64,000 nt of DNA from Bacteroidota bacterium (GCA_041191405.1 JBEEOW010000007.1:33484-97483), one strand, 5' to 3'; shown: positions 19,883 to 30,992, counted from the stretch's first letter. Notes: a model not told the origin generated them from the letters alone. Numbers and translations: made by a program.

Positions 19883-22156
19883 TTACTTAAACTTATTTTT
19901 CAAGGCTTGTAATTGGTCTTGCAATTGGTTGCCAGATTCTTTTACCGTTTCTTTTTTTGCAGGAATTGGTGTTCTTGCAGTAGTTGATTTGGCAGTTTTT
20001 TCAGTTTTAGTATTACTTGAAGTGAAACCATTCAATCCTTTCATAGTTAAAGATATACGTTTTCGTTGAACATCTACTTCTTGTACTTTTACTTTAACCT
20101 TTTGCTGTACTTTTACAGCTTGGTTTGGGTCTGAAATAAAGGTATCCGATAACTGTGAAATATGAACCAATCCATCTTGATGTACTCCAATATCCACAAA
20201 TGCACCAAAGGCTGTAACGTTGGTTACAACACCGGTTAACTCCATCCCTACTTTTAAATCTGCAATTGAGTTTACACCTTCTGCAAATTGAATTACTTCA
20301 AATCCATCACGAGGGTCACGTCCAGGTTTGGCTAATTCTTGTAAAATATCTGTTAATGTAGGCAAACCAACTTTATCAGTTACGTACTTTTTAAGGTCAA
20401 TTCCTTTTCTAATTTCAGCATTGGCAATTAAATCTTGTACTTTACACCCTAAATCTTTTGCCATTTTTTCAACAATGGCATAACTTTCAGGGTGTACAGC
20501 TGATGAATCTAAAATGTTTTTTGCATTATTTATTCTTAAAAATCCTGCCGCTTGCTCAAACACTTTTTCGCCCAAACGAGGCACTTTTTTTAATTCGGTT
20601 CTTGATTTAAAAGGTCCGTTTGCATTTCTATATTCAACAATATTTTGTGCCAATGCTGGACCTAAACCTGAAACATAGGTAAGTAACTGTTTACTAGCTG
20701 TATTCACTTCAACACCAACAGCATTTACACAACTCATAACCACATCATCAAGCATGTGTTTAAGTTTGTTTTGCTCCACATCGTGTTGATACTGACCCAC
20801 TCCTATTGATTTGGGATCTATTTTTACCAACTCAGCCAATGGATCCATTAATCTTCTTCCAATAGAAACTGAACCTCTCACGGTAATATCTTGGTCAGGG
20901 AATTCTTCTCTAGCAATATCCGATGCCGAATATATTGAAGCTCCACTTTCATTTACCATTACAACTAACACATTTTCAAGCTTTAAACCACGAATAAAAC
21001 TTTCCGTTTCTCGTCCTGCAGTACCGTTTCCAATAGCAATGGCTTCTATTTTGAATTGTATTACCAAGCTTCTTATTTTAGCCTCTGCATCAGCAAGTTT
21101 CGCTTGAGAATCGTGAGGGTAAATAACTTCGTTTACCTCTAATTTACCTTGCTCGTTTAGGCAAACAACTTTACATCCAGTTCTAAATCCCGGGTCAATT
21201 GCCAACACTCTTTTTTGCCCCAAAGGTGCAGCCATCAGCAATGTTTTTACATTGGATGCAAATACCTTGATAGCTTCTTCGTCGGCTTTTGCTTTGGTTA
21301 GTAAACGAACATCAGTTTCAATAGAAGGTTTAATTAATCTCTTGTAACTATCTCCAATTGCAAGTTTTACTTGGTGGGTCGATTCGTAGTGTCCTTTCAA
21401 TACTTGACGTTCAACCAATGCAACTGCATCTTCATCAACAGGCGAAATTTCAAGCATTAAAATCCCTTCTTTTTCGGCTCTACGTAATGCCAACAATCTA
21501 TGCGATGGAATATCTTTAATAGATTCGTCCCACTCAAAATAGTCTTTGTATTTTTCGCCAACATCCTCTTTTCCAGCGATAACTTTTGATTTTACAATAG
21601 CTGTTTTAACAAATAATTCACGTACAGAAGCACGAACTTCTTGTTGCTCACTCACCCATTCTGAAATTATATCTCTAGCACCTTGTAATGCTTGATGAAT
21701 ATCTTCTACGCCTTTTTCAGCAGAAATATATTTTTCAGCTTCAGCAAAAACATCTAATTTTTCTTGTGCAAAAAGTAGGTTTGCCAAAGGTTCTAAGCCT
21801 TTTTCTTTGGCTTGTGTAGCACGAGTTCGGCGTTTTGGTTTGTATGGCAAGTAAATATCCTCAAGTTCGGCCATTGTTTGTGCTGCACGAACTTTTTTCT
21901 CTAAATCCGGAGTTAAAAACTTGTTTTCGGTAAGTGATTTAATTACAGCTTCTTTGCGTTTTTCAAGCTCACGTAATTGCAATGCACGGTCTCTGATTGC
22001 TGCAACTTCTACCTCGTCTAAACTGCCTGTAACCTCTTTTCTATACCTCGAAATAAATGGAACAGTTGCTCCTTCGTCTAAAAGAGCTAATGTAGCTTCA
22101 ACTTGTTTTTTACTGATTGATAGCTCTTTAGCTACAATTTCATTGATGTCAAACAT
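19883..22156 (-). CDS. tex: Tex-like transcription accessory protein (YqgF/RuvC-like, HhH and C-terminal S1 domains)
   Basis: It is 757 aa and matches the conserved Tex N-terminus and the C-terminal S1 domain (GMELTGVVTNVTAFGAFVDIGVHQDGLVHIS). Confidence 0.9.
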   Translation of the reverse strand: MFDINEIVAKELSISKKQVEATLALLDEGATVPFISRYRKEVTGSLDEVEVAAIRDRALQLRELEKRKEAVIKSLTENKFLTPDLEKKVRAAQTMAELEDIYLPYKPKRRTRATQAKEKGLEPLANLLFAQEKLDVFAEAEKYISAEKGVEDIHQALQGARDIISEWVSEQQEVRASVRELFVKTAIVKSKVIAGKEDVGEKYKDYFEWDESIKDIPSHRLLALRRAEKEGILMLEISPVDEDAVALVERQVLKGHYESTHQVKLAIGDSYKRLIKPSIETDVRLLTKAKADEEAIKVFASNVKTLLMAAPLGQKRVLAIDPGFRTGCKVVCLNEQGKLEVNEVIYPHDSQAKLADAEAKIRSLVIQFKIEAIAIGNGTAGRETESFIRGLKLENVLVVMVNESGASIYSASDIAREEFPDQDITVRGSVSIGRRLMDPLAELVKIDPKSIGVGQYQHDVEQNKLKHMLDDVVMSCVNAVGVEVNTASKQLLTYVSGLGPALAQNIVEYRNANGPFKSRTELKKVPRLGEKVFEQAAGFLRINNAKNILDSSAVHPESYAIVEKMAKDLGCKVQDLIANAEIRKGIDLKKYVTDKVGLPTLTDILQELAKPGRDPRDGFEVIQFAEGVNSIADLKVGMELTGVVTNVTAFGAFVDIGVHQDGLVHISQLSDTFISDPNQAVKVQQKVKVKVQEVDVQRKRISLTMKGLNGFTSSNTKTEKTAKSTTARTPIPAKKETVKESGNQLQDQLQALKNKFK

Positions 22157-22262
22157 ATTTTTAGTTAAGAGTTTAGTGTTCAGAAGTTAAGAGTTTTCGA
22201 GTTAAGATTTTAAAATTTTTGTAAACTATAAACCCTAAACTCTATACTCTTAACTCTAAACT
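22157..22262. repeat. inverted array of gttaaga(g)tt-type heptamer repeats forming a long imperfect hairpin
   Basis: The left arm reads gttaagagtttag...gttaagagttttcgagttaagatttt and the right arm reads aaccctaaactctatactcttaactctaaact. It sits between the chorismate-enzyme stop and the tex start. Confidence 0.6.
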
Positions 22263-23443
22263 ATTAATTTCAATAAAGCATTTGCTTTGAGTAAACATTC
22301 TTCATATTCGTGTTCGGCATTTGCACCAGCAGTGATTGCCGAACCAACTTTTATACTTAAATATCCCGTTTTTGCATTATAACAAAAAGCTCTAATTACT
22401 ACATTTAAAGTAAAATCATTATCATTTCCATAACCAACAGTGCCAGAGTATAATTGTCGCTCAAAAGGCTCGAATTGAGCACTTATTTCAATAGCATTTT
22501 TCTTTGGTGCACCTGTCATACTTCCCATTGGAAATGTTGCTTCAAGAATGGTTTTTACATCTGTATCATTTTGAACATTTCCACTTATGGTAGAAATCAT
22601 TTGATGTACATTTTTGAAGGAATAAATACCAAAAAGTTCATCCACTTTTACTTGATTACAGATAGTTGATAAATCATTTCTAACCAAATCAACAACCATT
22701 ACATTTTCGTTTTGCTCTTTTGAATCATTACGTAATTGATTGATTATCTTTTGGTCAGCTACTGTATCAATACCTCGAGGTGCGGTACCTTTGATTGGTT
22801 TTGAATACAATTTTGAGCCTTGTTTTTCGAGAAATAATTCTGGCGAAGCACAAAGCAAATAACTATCATTATGCTTTACAAAACAAGAATATGGCGCTTG
22901 GTTATTAATGATTATTTTTTGCCATAAATCCAATACTGAAACTTTAACATTATCAGCACAAAGTTCTATACAATAATTAGTTATATAAATATCACCTCTT
23001 AAAATATGAGATTTTATTTTATCAAAATTATGAATATATTCTTGTTTTGAAATACTTGGTTTTAATTGAATTGAAGATTTTTCAGAAGATTCTTTAAGTT
23101 CTAAACCAATAATTTCATTATAAACTTGATTGGTGTTAATACCTTGAATTTCAATATTATTGACATTGATTTGTTTAATTGAAACTTGAGGTAAAAAGAA
23201 ATATTCATCTTCAAAATCAAATTTCATATCAGCATTTCCTTGTAAAGGATAGCATTTATATCCAGCCCAATTGTGTTGAGGTTTGGTTAGTTTGTTTTCA
23301 ATATTACCAATTGCCAAATAATTAACAAAACCTTTATGGTCATCCGTTGAATTACAGGTAAATACAACTATTTGAGCGTTATTCGCCCATTGAATAGCTT
23401 TCTCCCAAAAATTTTCTGTATATGGAAATTGAATTGTTTGCAA
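22256..23443 (-). CDS. chorismate-binding enzyme, aminodeoxychorismate/anthranilate synthase component I family (PabB-like)
   Basis: The C-terminal chorismate-binding motifs MGSMTGAPKKNAIEI and GYLSIKVGSAITAGANAE are present. The TGAPK motif favours the TrpE/PabB branch over isochorismate synthase. Confidence 0.7.
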   Translation of the reverse strand: MQTIQFPYTENFWEKAIQWANNAQIVVFTCNSTDDHKGFVNYLAIGNIENKLTKPQHNWAGYKCYPLQGNADMKFDFEDEYFFLPQVSIKQINVNNIEIQGINTNQVYNEIIGLELKESSEKSSIQLKPSISKQEYIHNFDKIKSHILRGDIYITNYCIELCADNVKVSVLDLWQKIIINNQAPYSCFVKHNDSYLLCASPELFLEKQGSKLYSKPIKGTAPRGIDTVADQKIINQLRNDSKEQNENVMVVDLVRNDLSTICNQVKVDELFGIYSFKNVHQMISTISGNVQNDTDVKTILEATFPMGSMTGAPKKNAIEISAQFEPFERQLYSGTVGYGNDNDFTLNVVIRAFCYNAKTGYLSIKVGSAITAGANAEHEYEECLLKANALLKLIV

Positions 23444-23478
23444 ACTGGATTTATTAATTCAGTTGCAATTTAGCCAAT

Positions 23479-24357
23479 TTACCTTAAAACAATCATTAAA
23501 ATGAAAGCAAAACTTAATGCAAAAGATGAAACATAATTTAGTTGCAATGTACTTTTGTAATCAATTTTTGAAAATGATTTATTGACTTTCACCAACCAAA
23601 ATCCAAAAAATAATATCAATGGTATCATACAAAAAATATACACTTCATAATAGAATAAATGATGTGTTGAAAATAATATGATTCCCAATATTTTAGAGGT
23701 AATTAAAAAGGATTTTCCACTAAATAAAATTGAACTCCAAACACTAATTTTAGTATTCAATTGCTGTGTTAAATCTTTGTGTTTGTTTAAATTATGTAAA
23801 TGAGTAACTGGGTAAGTACCTAAAATAAATAATGTACATAAAAATGAAAATGTTATATTGGTTTTGCTTAAAATTATTGGGGCTGGCACATGTAAACCTT
23901 CTTGAATAAATAAAAACAAAATTGAACCTTGAATAATACCTCCCACTACAAATCCATACAAATTAAATATACCTTTATTAACTAGAAAATATCCATATAA
24001 CTTGCTGATAATAATATAAATAAATATCATAACGGCAAAGTATTTACTTACCCATAATGACAAAATTATACTCAAAACATCTATCAAAATTAGAAAAAAA
24101 AGTGTTGATTGTTTGGTAACTTTAAGTGTTTCTGCATTGAATAATTTGTCTTTATCTGCCGATAAAAACCTGTTAAATGCAAATGTACTTGGGTGAATAA
24201 GTAGGTGAATAATTGCAAAAACTAATACCGCATTTGAAACTGAAGTACGATTTATTGTGGAAACTGCATAAGCAAACCAAAAAATAGGCATTAAAAACAA
24301 AGAATATCTTATTCTAAATAAATGCTTAAAATATTGAAATGTAAGATTTTTAATCAT
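23479..24357 (-). CDS. polytopic integral membrane protein, hypothetical
   Basis: It has 8-9 hydrophobic helices and no diagnostic motif. Confidence 0.45.
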   Translation of the reverse strand: MIKNLTFQYFKHLFRIRYSLFLMPIFWFAYAVSTINRTSVSNAVLVFAIIHLLIHPSTFAFNRFLSADKDKLFNAETLKVTKQSTLFFLILIDVLSIILSLWVSKYFAVMIFIYIIISKLYGYFLVNKGIFNLYGFVVGGIIQGSILFLFIQEGLHVPAPIILSKTNITFSFLCTLFILGTYPVTHLHNLNKHKDLTQQLNTKISVWSSILFSGKSFLITSKILGIILFSTHHLFYYEVYIFCMIPLILFFGFWLVKVNKSFSKIDYKSTLQLNYVSSFALSFAFILMIVLR

Positions 24358-24424
24358 TTTTGAGTATTAAACATTGTATGTTTTTATACTCTAAGAATGG
24401 ATTGAAAGTTTTGTAAAATATGAC

Positions 24425-25411
24425 TTATTTTAGATTGATGGTTTGAATTTTTTGATTTACTACCTCAATTTCTGTATTTACATTTAGTTTGTTGCTAAGT
24501 TCATTTAATTGATTTAATGTAGTTTGTAAATGTTGTAAATATTTAATTGAGTTAACTTGTATTGGTCTGTGATTGAAGTTATTAATTGCTTTTTGAAGTG
24601 ATTGTAAGAGTTTAATCGTTTCTTCATTAAAGTAAATTTCTTTGAATTTTTCAAAAATATATTGTTGAGCTATAGCATTAGGATGCAATAAATCGGCTTC
24701 ATAAAAACGATAATCTCTCAAATCATCTTGTACAAATTCATAAGCAGGGAAATAGCTGATTTCAGACTTAAAATGCTGAATTACATTATAAACTGAAATT
24801 AACAATTGTGATTTGCTTACATTATTTAGCACCAATGTATCTTTGATATGCCTAACTGGACTTACGGTTAAAACAGTTTCTATCTCTCTGTTTTTTGATT
24901 TAACTAATTCTAAAGCTTCAATTAAGTTTTTTTCAATTTCTTGATGTGTTAAAAGTATTTTATTAAATTGATTATTAGGTATTTTATGACAATTAGCTAC
25001 AGTTTTTTGTTGTTCAATTAATTCATAAACCCAAGCTGTACCGAGGGTAATAATTAACCATTTTGAGTTTAATAAATAGTTTTTAAACTCAATTTGAATA
25101 TTGTTTAATTTTTCAATTAACTCACTTTCAATATTTTCGCTAAGTGATGAATGTACATCAAAACAATGATATTGTTCATTATGAAATACTATATTCCATG
25201 AAAAATCATCCTGTAATGCTTTGTTTATCAAATAAGTAATTGATAATGGATTAAAAATAGTTCCGTAAGGATTATTACAAACATCAAATTTATTACTACT
25301 TAAAGTATTGCCTATAAAACTTGCAAAACACGAACCTATACTAATTATTTTATCCTGATAATTAATACTTTGTGAATATTTTTCGCTTATAAGTTCAGTT
25401 CTGAATTGCAT
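24425..25411 (-). CDS. GSCFA-family protein
   Basis: The eponymous N-terminal motif GSCFASFIGNTL is present. It is 328 aa. Confidence 0.7.
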   Translation of the reverse strand: MQFRTELISEKYSQSINYQDKIISIGSCFASFIGNTLSSNKFDVCNNPYGTIFNPLSITYLINKALQDDFSWNIVFHNEQYHCFDVHSSLSENIESELIEKLNNIQIEFKNYLLNSKWLIITLGTAWVYELIEQQKTVANCHKIPNNQFNKILLTHQEIEKNLIEALELVKSKNREIETVLTVSPVRHIKDTLVLNNVSKSQLLISVYNVIQHFKSEISYFPAYEFVQDDLRDYRFYEADLLHPNAIAQQYIFEKFKEIYFNEETIKLLQSLQKAINNFNHRPIQVNSIKYLQHLQTTLNQLNELSNKLNVNTEIEVVNQKIQTINLK

Positions 25412-25450
25412 ATATTGGCTTTACAATATTTCTATGTATTTTATTTTTTT

Positions 25451-25509
25451 ACCACAATAGGTACATAGGTTTGATTATTAATAATTTAAATCTATGTACC
25501 TATTGTGGT
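25451..25509. promoter_or_regulatory. perfect 18-bp inverted repeat (accacaataggtacatag / ctatgtacctattgtggt) with 23-bp AT-rich spacer
   Basis: Seen directly in the sequence. It lies between the start of the GSCFA gene and the stop of the upstream gene. Confidence 0.6.
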
Positions 25510-25580
25510 TTATTTAATTTGATTAAATGATGTAAAGTAAACATTAGAGGATTCATACTGAACCCTTTAATACTAATAAT

Positions 25581-26651
25581 TTATTCTTCTTTTAAGAAAT
25601 AAGTTTTATAAAAATACATTCCTTTTTCTTCATCGTAACCACGTTCTATTAAATCATGGCGACCATGTAAGTATATGTGAAAGTTTTTATCAAGCTTTAA
25701 GATACTTTTAAATACTTTTTGTGCTTTTTTTACAGCCTTTTCTGAAATATCAAATTCGTCAAAAGAAGTAATTTCATTGTTATTGAAGAATGTAGTTTTG
25801 TAATCTTTAAATGCCTCAATGATAATAGGTTCTTGCAAAGCTTCCTCCTCAAATTCTTGTTTGTTAAACACTTCTTTTGAAGTAAAATAATTCATTGCAT
25901 TTTCTTTGATTTTTAGCACTTCATTTCTTGGTGCATCTATCACAGTATCAATGTATTCTTCGCAAAAAGTATTACACATATCCAAATAGTTTTTGGTATG
26001 GTAAAACTTATCTTCACGAGGTTTTACATTCAAAAAATTATTCATCCAATATTGGGCTTCACTTCCTTTATTGGTGTTATCAATTATCATTAATTTGTAA
26101 CCTTGCTCCTTTTCAGTGTTAAAAATCAAACAACCTTTATCTAATTTATTGATACTCACCCCAGCATCTGATGATATTCCTACATTGCTTTTTTCGTGGT
26201 AAATTTTCAAATACGAATCCTTATTTTCAGATTTAAATAAACCAACAGCATCGCAAAGTTCATCATCAATTACACAATCTTTAAACTGAACAATATAAAA
26301 TTCTCCACCTTTTACTTTTGGATGATCGCTTTTATCATAAAGTAATTTTGCAAGTGCCTGACTTTGAAGTAAAAAATCATCTTCATGTTCAAAAATATGA
26401 TTTACATGATGCATAACTTCATTCAAAGCAATATCAGTTTCATGTTGAAAAACATACAAACTTTGGTCTTTAAATGAATGTAAAAAATACTGTTTTAGCA
26501 ACAAAGGCAATAAATCATCTTCAAGGTAAAGTTCGTTTTGAGATAGAATTAAATCTTGGTCTTGCGAGGAATTATCAACATAATGTACAGCTACTTTTCC
26601 TAAAACAGTTGAAGTATTATCAAGCATAAGTGAAATATTTATGAAATACAA
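25581..26651 (-). CDS. nucleoid-associated protein NdpA/YejK-like (tentative)
   Basis: The length and general sequence character match the family. There is no sharp motif, so the call is moderate. Confidence 0.45.
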   Translation of the reverse strand: MYFINISLMLDNTSTVLGKVAVHYVDNSSQDQDLILSQNELYLEDDLLPLLLKQYFLHSFKDQSLYVFQHETDIALNEVMHHVNHIFEHEDDFLLQSQALAKLLYDKSDHPKVKGGEFYIVQFKDCVIDDELCDAVGLFKSENKDSYLKIYHEKSNVGISSDAGVSINKLDKGCLIFNTEKEQGYKLMIIDNTNKGSEAQYWMNNFLNVKPREDKFYHTKNYLDMCNTFCEEYIDTVIDAPRNEVLKIKENAMNYFTSKEVFNKQEFEEEALQEPIIIEAFKDYKTTFFNNNEITSFDEFDISEKAVKKAQKVFKSILKLDKNFHIYLHGRHDLIERGYDEEKGMYFYKTYFLKEE

Positions 26652-26740
26652 AAATAAGGAAATACGCCAATGATGTTCACTATTTTGTAAAATCTTATTT
26701 ATTCAAGTATCTTCGTGCATTCAATTTTATTGATTTTAGT

Positions 26741-27499
26741 ATGCAATTATATCACAGAGAATTAGGTGAAGGAAAACCGCTAATTATTATTCATGGTTTA
26801 ATGGGTTCGTCGGATAACTGGTTAACAGTTTCAAAACCTTTGGCTGAAAAATACAAATTATACATAGTTGACCAACGTAATCATGGACGTAGTTTTTGGA
26901 GTAATAACTTCACTTACAATGACATGGCTAATGATTTGGGTAAATTTATTGAAACACATAAAATTGAAAATCCAATCATTATTGGGCATTCAATGGGCGG
27001 TAAAATTGCTATGAAATTTGCAACTGAAAATAGTGATTTAATAGATAAACTTATTGTAGTTGATATTGCTCCTCGTTATTATGCACCACATCATCAAGCA
27101 ATTTTAGCAGGTTTAAACTCAATAAATTTATCAACTTTAAGCTCTAGGAATGAGGCAGATGAATTACTGAGTATTCATATTTCAGATGCAGGTGTTCGTC
27201 AGTTTTTATTGAAAAATTTATATAGAAACGAGGCAGGCGCATTTGCTTGGAGAATTAACTTAGAAGTTATCAATGAACAAATAGGTAATATTGGTGAAGC
27301 ATTGGCTGAAAATGCCATTTTTGATAAACAAACATTATTTATTCGTGGTGATAGGTCGGCATATATCACTCCACCTGATGAAGCTGGGATAAAAAAACAT
27401 TTCCCTAAGGCGAGCATTAAAACCATTGTTGATTGCGGTCACTGGGTACAAGCCGAACAACCACAAGCTTTTATAAATGCGTTGAATAGTTTTATATAA
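26741..27499 (+). CDS. alpha/beta-fold hydrolase
   Basis: It has the nucleophile elbow GHSMGG and a late His near the C-terminus (CGHW). Confidence 0.75.
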   Translation: MQLYHRELGEGKPLIIIHGLMGSSDNWLTVSKPLAEKYKLYIVDQRNHGRSFWSNNFTYNDMANDLGKFIETHKIENPIIIGHSMGGKIAMKFATENSDLIDKLIVVDIAPRYYAPHHQAILAGLNSINLSTLSSRNEADELLSIHISDAGVRQFLLKNLYRNEAGAFAWRINLEVINEQIGNIGEALAENAIFDKQTLFIRGDRSAYITPPDEAGIKKHFPKASIKTIVDCGHWVQAEQPQAFINALNSFI

Positions 27500-27503
27500 A
27501 CCA

Positions 27504-28049
27504 TTGATTATGAAAAATATACTTATTTTAATTTTACTAACTTTAAGCATTCAAGTATTTGCACAACAAAACAATAAAGTAGATTTACCTAAAGGTGTAA
27601 TTTATAAATATTGTGATTCTATTACTTTTCAAAATGCAAAAAAAATCATTATTGATGAACTTGATAAAAATCCAAATTATATTTTAAGTGATGATATAAC
27701 ATTTGTGGGACCTATTTTATGGTCTCGATTTAAAAAAAGTAAAGAACTTAAGAGTATAGAAGGTGGAGATGTTACTTTATTAGTTGATAATACAAAGTTA
27801 TCTGGTAAAATGACTCAAAACCTAAAAGATAGTAAAAAAATTTGGGATGAATTAAGAAATGAAATAAATGGTAAAGATTTTATATTGCGAAAAGCTACTT
27901 TTTATGAATTGCAATATTATTGGTCAGTTATTTCATTTGATATTGAAGAACCATTAATTATTATTGAAACAAAGAAGCATAATTACATTCTTAATATTTC
28001 ACCTAAAAATTTTAAATTATTTTGGATTGATGAAGCTCCCAAAAAATAA
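27504..28049 (+). CDS. secreted hypothetical protein
   Basis: It has a signal peptide ending VFAQ. Confidence 0.4.
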   Translation: MIMKNILILILLTLSIQVFAQQNNKVDLPKGVIYKYCDSITFQNAKKIIIDELDKNPNYILSDDITFVGPILWSRFKKSKELKSIEGGDVTLLVDNTKLSGKMTQNLKDSKKIWDELRNEINGKDFILRKATFYELQYYWSVISFDIEEPLIIIETKKHNYILNISPKNFKLFWIDEAPKK

Positions 28050-28109
28050 TTTAAAATGTAAACATTCATTAAGCAGCGATTTAAAGCCTAAATTGCGAGT
28101 TATATAACA

Positions 28110-28829
28110 TTGAAAATGAGTAAAGGAAAATTATACCTTATCCCTTGTCCACTTACGGACGATACACTGAAAGACGTACTACCTTCGCAAGTAATAGATG
28201 CAATTTTAGCTTGTAAGTTTTTTTGGGTTGAAAATGCCCGTACTGCCCGTAGATTTATTAGTAGTCTCAAACTTGGAATTGATATCAGTACCCTTGAATT
28301 TGAAGAAATTCCGGGTAAATCAGTTACAAATGAGCAACTTAAACTTGGTTTTGAAAAAGTTAAAAATGGAGTAAATGCAGGTGTAATTTCGGAAGCGGGT
28401 TGCCCAGCAGTTGCCGATCCAGGTTCGCTGGTTGTTGCTCGTGCACATCAATTGAATATTGAAGTTATTCCTTTGGTTGGACCATCTTCTATCCTATTGG
28501 CGTTGATGGCATCAGGTTTTAATGGACAATCATTTACTTTTAATGGTTATTTGCCCATAAAATCGGATGAAAAATTAGCCAAATTAAAAGAATTGGAACG
28601 TAAAGTAAATGCTGAGAATCAATCTCAAATATTTATTGAAACACCTTTTAGAAACAATGGTATGTTTAAGGATTTGTTGAAAAATCTACAAAACAATACC
28701 AAACTTTGTGTGGCAGCCAATATAAACTCTCCTACCAAAGCTTATATTAAAACTTACCAAATTCACGAATGGAAACAAATTCCTGTTCCTGAATTGCACA
28801 AAATTCCTTGCATATTTATTATTGGATAA
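28110..28829 (+). CDS. SAM-dependent methyltransferase of the tetrapyrrole-methylase (RsmI-like) family
   Basis: Motifs KLYLIPCPLTD and SEAGCPAVADPG resemble the RsmI/TP-methylase motifs. Confidence 0.6.
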   Translation: MKMSKGKLYLIPCPLTDDTLKDVLPSQVIDAILACKFFWVENARTARRFISSLKLGIDISTLEFEEIPGKSVTNEQLKLGFEKVKNGVNAGVISEAGCPAVADPGSLVVARAHQLNIEVIPLVGPSSILLALMASGFNGQSFTFNGYLPIKSDEKLAKLKELERKVNAENQSQIFIETPFRNNGMFKDLLKNLQNNTKLCVAANINSPTKAYIKTYQIHEWKQIPVPELHKIPCIFIIG

Positions 28830-28980
28830 CAAAGATTCTGCCATATAATATTCTTAATTAATTAACATTTTAAGAATATTCTATTTAATTTAAAGATTAA
28901 CACAGATTTTCTTTAAAATATAAAAACTCAGTATTACATTTGCTTTTACAATTGAATTTTAAAAGAATAAAAAATATATA

Positions 28981-30291
28981 ATGGCTTTATTATTTACTTC
29001 AGAATCAGTGTCGGAAGGACACCCAGATAAAGTAGCCGATCAAATTTCGGATGCACTATTAGATGCACATTTAGCACAAGATCCACAATCTCGTTTTGCT
29101 TGTGAAACATTGGTAACTACAGGTTTAGTTGTGGTTGCTGGTGAAATCACTACTAAAGCAAATGTTGATGTACAAGCAGTTGTACGTGCAACAATCAACA
29201 AAATTGGTTATACCAAAGCTGAATATATGTTTGAAGCTGAGTCATGTGGTATCATGAATGCACTTCATGCACAATCACCTGATATTGCACAAGGTGTAAA
29301 CGAAGGCGAAGGTTTGGATAAAGAGCAAGGTGCTGGTGACCAAGGTATGATGTTTGGTTATGCATCAACTGAAACTCCTGAGTATATGCCAATGGCTTTA
29401 GCGTTTTCTCACAGATTAGTGAAAAAAATGTCTGAAATCAGAAAAGAAGGTAAAATAATGACATACCTTCGTCCAGATACAAAATCACAAGTTACAATAG
29501 AGTACGACGAAGCTGGTAAAGCAAAAAGAGTTGATACTATTGTAATTTCTACACAACATGATGATTTTGTAAAACCAACTAACAATAGCAAAGAAGCTAA
29601 ATTAGTAGCCGACAATGCAATGTTAGATGTTATCAAAGCTGATATTTTAGCAAATGTAATTCCTGCAGTAATCCCAGCTGAGTTATTAGATGCTAACACA
29701 AAATATTTTATTAACCCAACAGGCGTATTCGTAATTGGTGGTCCACATGGTGATTCTGGCTTAACAGGTAGAAAAATTATTGTTGATACTTACGGTGGAA
29801 AAGGTGCTCACGGTGGTGGTGCATTCTCTGGTAAAGACCCATCAAAAGTGGACCGTTCGGCAGCTTATGCAGCACGTCACGTAGCTAAAAACTTAGTTGC
29901 AGCGGGTGTTTGTACCGAAGCTTTAGTACAAGTTGCTTATGCAATTGGTATTGCTAAACCAGTTTCTATCAATGTAAATACTTATGGTACAGCAGTAAAT
30001 GGCTTATCTGATGCTAAAATTGCTGATGCTGTAAATAAAGTATTTGATATGAGACCAAAAGCTATTGTTGAAAGATTTGGATTAAAAAATCCAATTTATT
30101 CAGAAACAGCAGCTTACGGACACATGGGTAGAGAAAGCTACGAAAAAGAAATTGATGTAAACTATGTTACTGTTTCTGAAAACAATGGCGTAGTTACTGA
30201 AACTCGTACAGCATCTAAGAAAAAAGTAACTTTCTTCGGATGGGAGAAACTTGATTATGTTGATGCAATTAAGAAAGAATTAGGTATTTAG
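28981..30291 (+). CDS. metK: S-adenosylmethionine synthetase
   Basis: Motifs [33 protein letters not shown] and [16 protein letters not shown] are present. Confidence 0.95.
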   Translation: MALLFTSESVSEGHPDKVADQISDALLDAHLAQDPQSRFACETLVTTGLVVVAGEITTKANVDVQAVVRATINKIGYTKAEYMFEAESCGIMNALHAQSPDIAQGVNEGEGLDKEQGAGDQGMMFGYASTETPEYMPMALAFSHRLVKKMSEIRKEGKIMTYLRPDTKSQVTIEYDEAGKAKRVDTIVISTQHDDFVKPTNNSKEAKLVADNAMLDVIKADILANVIPAVIPAELLDANTKYFINPTGVFVIGGPHGDSGLTGRKIIVDTYGGKGAHGGGAFSGKDPSKVDRSAAYAARHVAKNLVAAGVCTEALVQVAYAIGIAKPVSINVNTYGTAVNGLSDAKIADAVNKVFDMRPKAIVERFGLKNPIYSETAAYGHMGRESYEKEIDVNYVTVSENNGVVTETRTASKKKVTFFGWEKLDYVDAIKKELGI

Positions 30292-30340
30292 TATTTAGTA
30301 TTTAGTATTTAGTACAAAGTATTAAGTATTAAGAAAAGAG
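30285..30340. repeat. 7-bp tandem repeat (tatttag)x5 - tacaaag - (tattaag)x2
   Basis: Seen directly in the sequence. It starts in the last codons of metK. A nearly identical module lies at 50401-50437. Confidence 0.7.
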
Positions 30341-30369
30341 GAATCGAGAAATCGGTTTCTCTTTTTTTG
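30337..30369 (+). terminator. metK intrinsic terminator
   Basis: The hairpin gagaaa-tcgg-tttctc is followed by ttttttt. Confidence 0.5.
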
Positions 30370-30392
30370 TGATTATTTGAAATTTAAATATA

Positions 30393-30977
30393 TTGTATTA
30401 CTTAAATAATAAATACTTTATGAGAGCTACTGCCTTTTTTAAAAATAAATTATTCTATATCGTTCTATTTCTTTTTTCTCTTACCCAAAGTTATAGTCAA
30501 TGTAGTTTTGAGTATAATGATTCATTTAAGAAAAGAAAAGTTTTAGAACAGAATTGGAATAATATAAAATTTGAATTTATTCCTGAAGACCTTAAAAAAT
30601 TCCCATTAATATTTCAACGATTTAGTGACGAAAATTATGAAAATAAAATAAACGTCCAAAAAGAAAAACTTTTAAGAAAAGACACTACTTGTAGTTGTTT
30701 AGAAGGTAATTATAGTACAATGTGGTATAATGAGGACTGGATTGAAAAATACTATAAAGGTGAATATACTTTTAAAAATATCGATTCTATTCAAGATTTT
30801 AATCCTGAAAAATTTCCTTATGTGATGATGTGTTATAATACTTTAGACTATTTTTCGAATGGTTACGGAAGCGGAAGAGTAGGTGTATATATTTGGGATA
30901 GAAGAACTGATAAAAAGTACAAAGTCATTAGTGTATGTGGTAAAAGTGAAATGGTTTGGTTTTTGAAAAATATATAA
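30393..30977 (+). CDS. secreted hypothetical protein
   Basis: It has a signal peptide ending SYSQ. Confidence 0.4.
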   Translation: MYYLNNKYFMRATAFFKNKLFYIVLFLFSLTQSYSQCSFEYNDSFKKRKVLEQNWNNIKFEFIPEDLKKFPLIFQRFSDENYENKINVQKEKLLRKDTTCSCLEGNYSTMWYNEDWIEKYYKGEYTFKNIDSIQDFNPEKFPYVMMCYNTLDYFSNGYGSGRVGVYIWDRRTDKKYKVISVCGKSEMVWFLKNI

Positions 30978-30992
30978 AAACATAAAAACACA

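Noticed and set aside
22256-23443. Calling the chorismate-binding enzyme MenF (isochorismate synthase) because menD is in the window
   Set aside because: menD is 25 kb away. The active-site motif is TGAPK, which is the TrpE/PabB type, not the isochorismate-synthase type. It is therefore called PabB-like, with MenF not fully excluded.
28830-28980. SAM riboswitch upstream of metK
   Set aside because: The leader is AT-rich with none of the conserved GC-rich SAM-I or SAM-II elements visible by eye. It cannot be excluded without a covariance-model scan.
30285-30340. Could the tandem repeats be CRISPR arrays?
   Set aside because: The units are only 7 bp with no unique spacers. No cas genes are present in the window.
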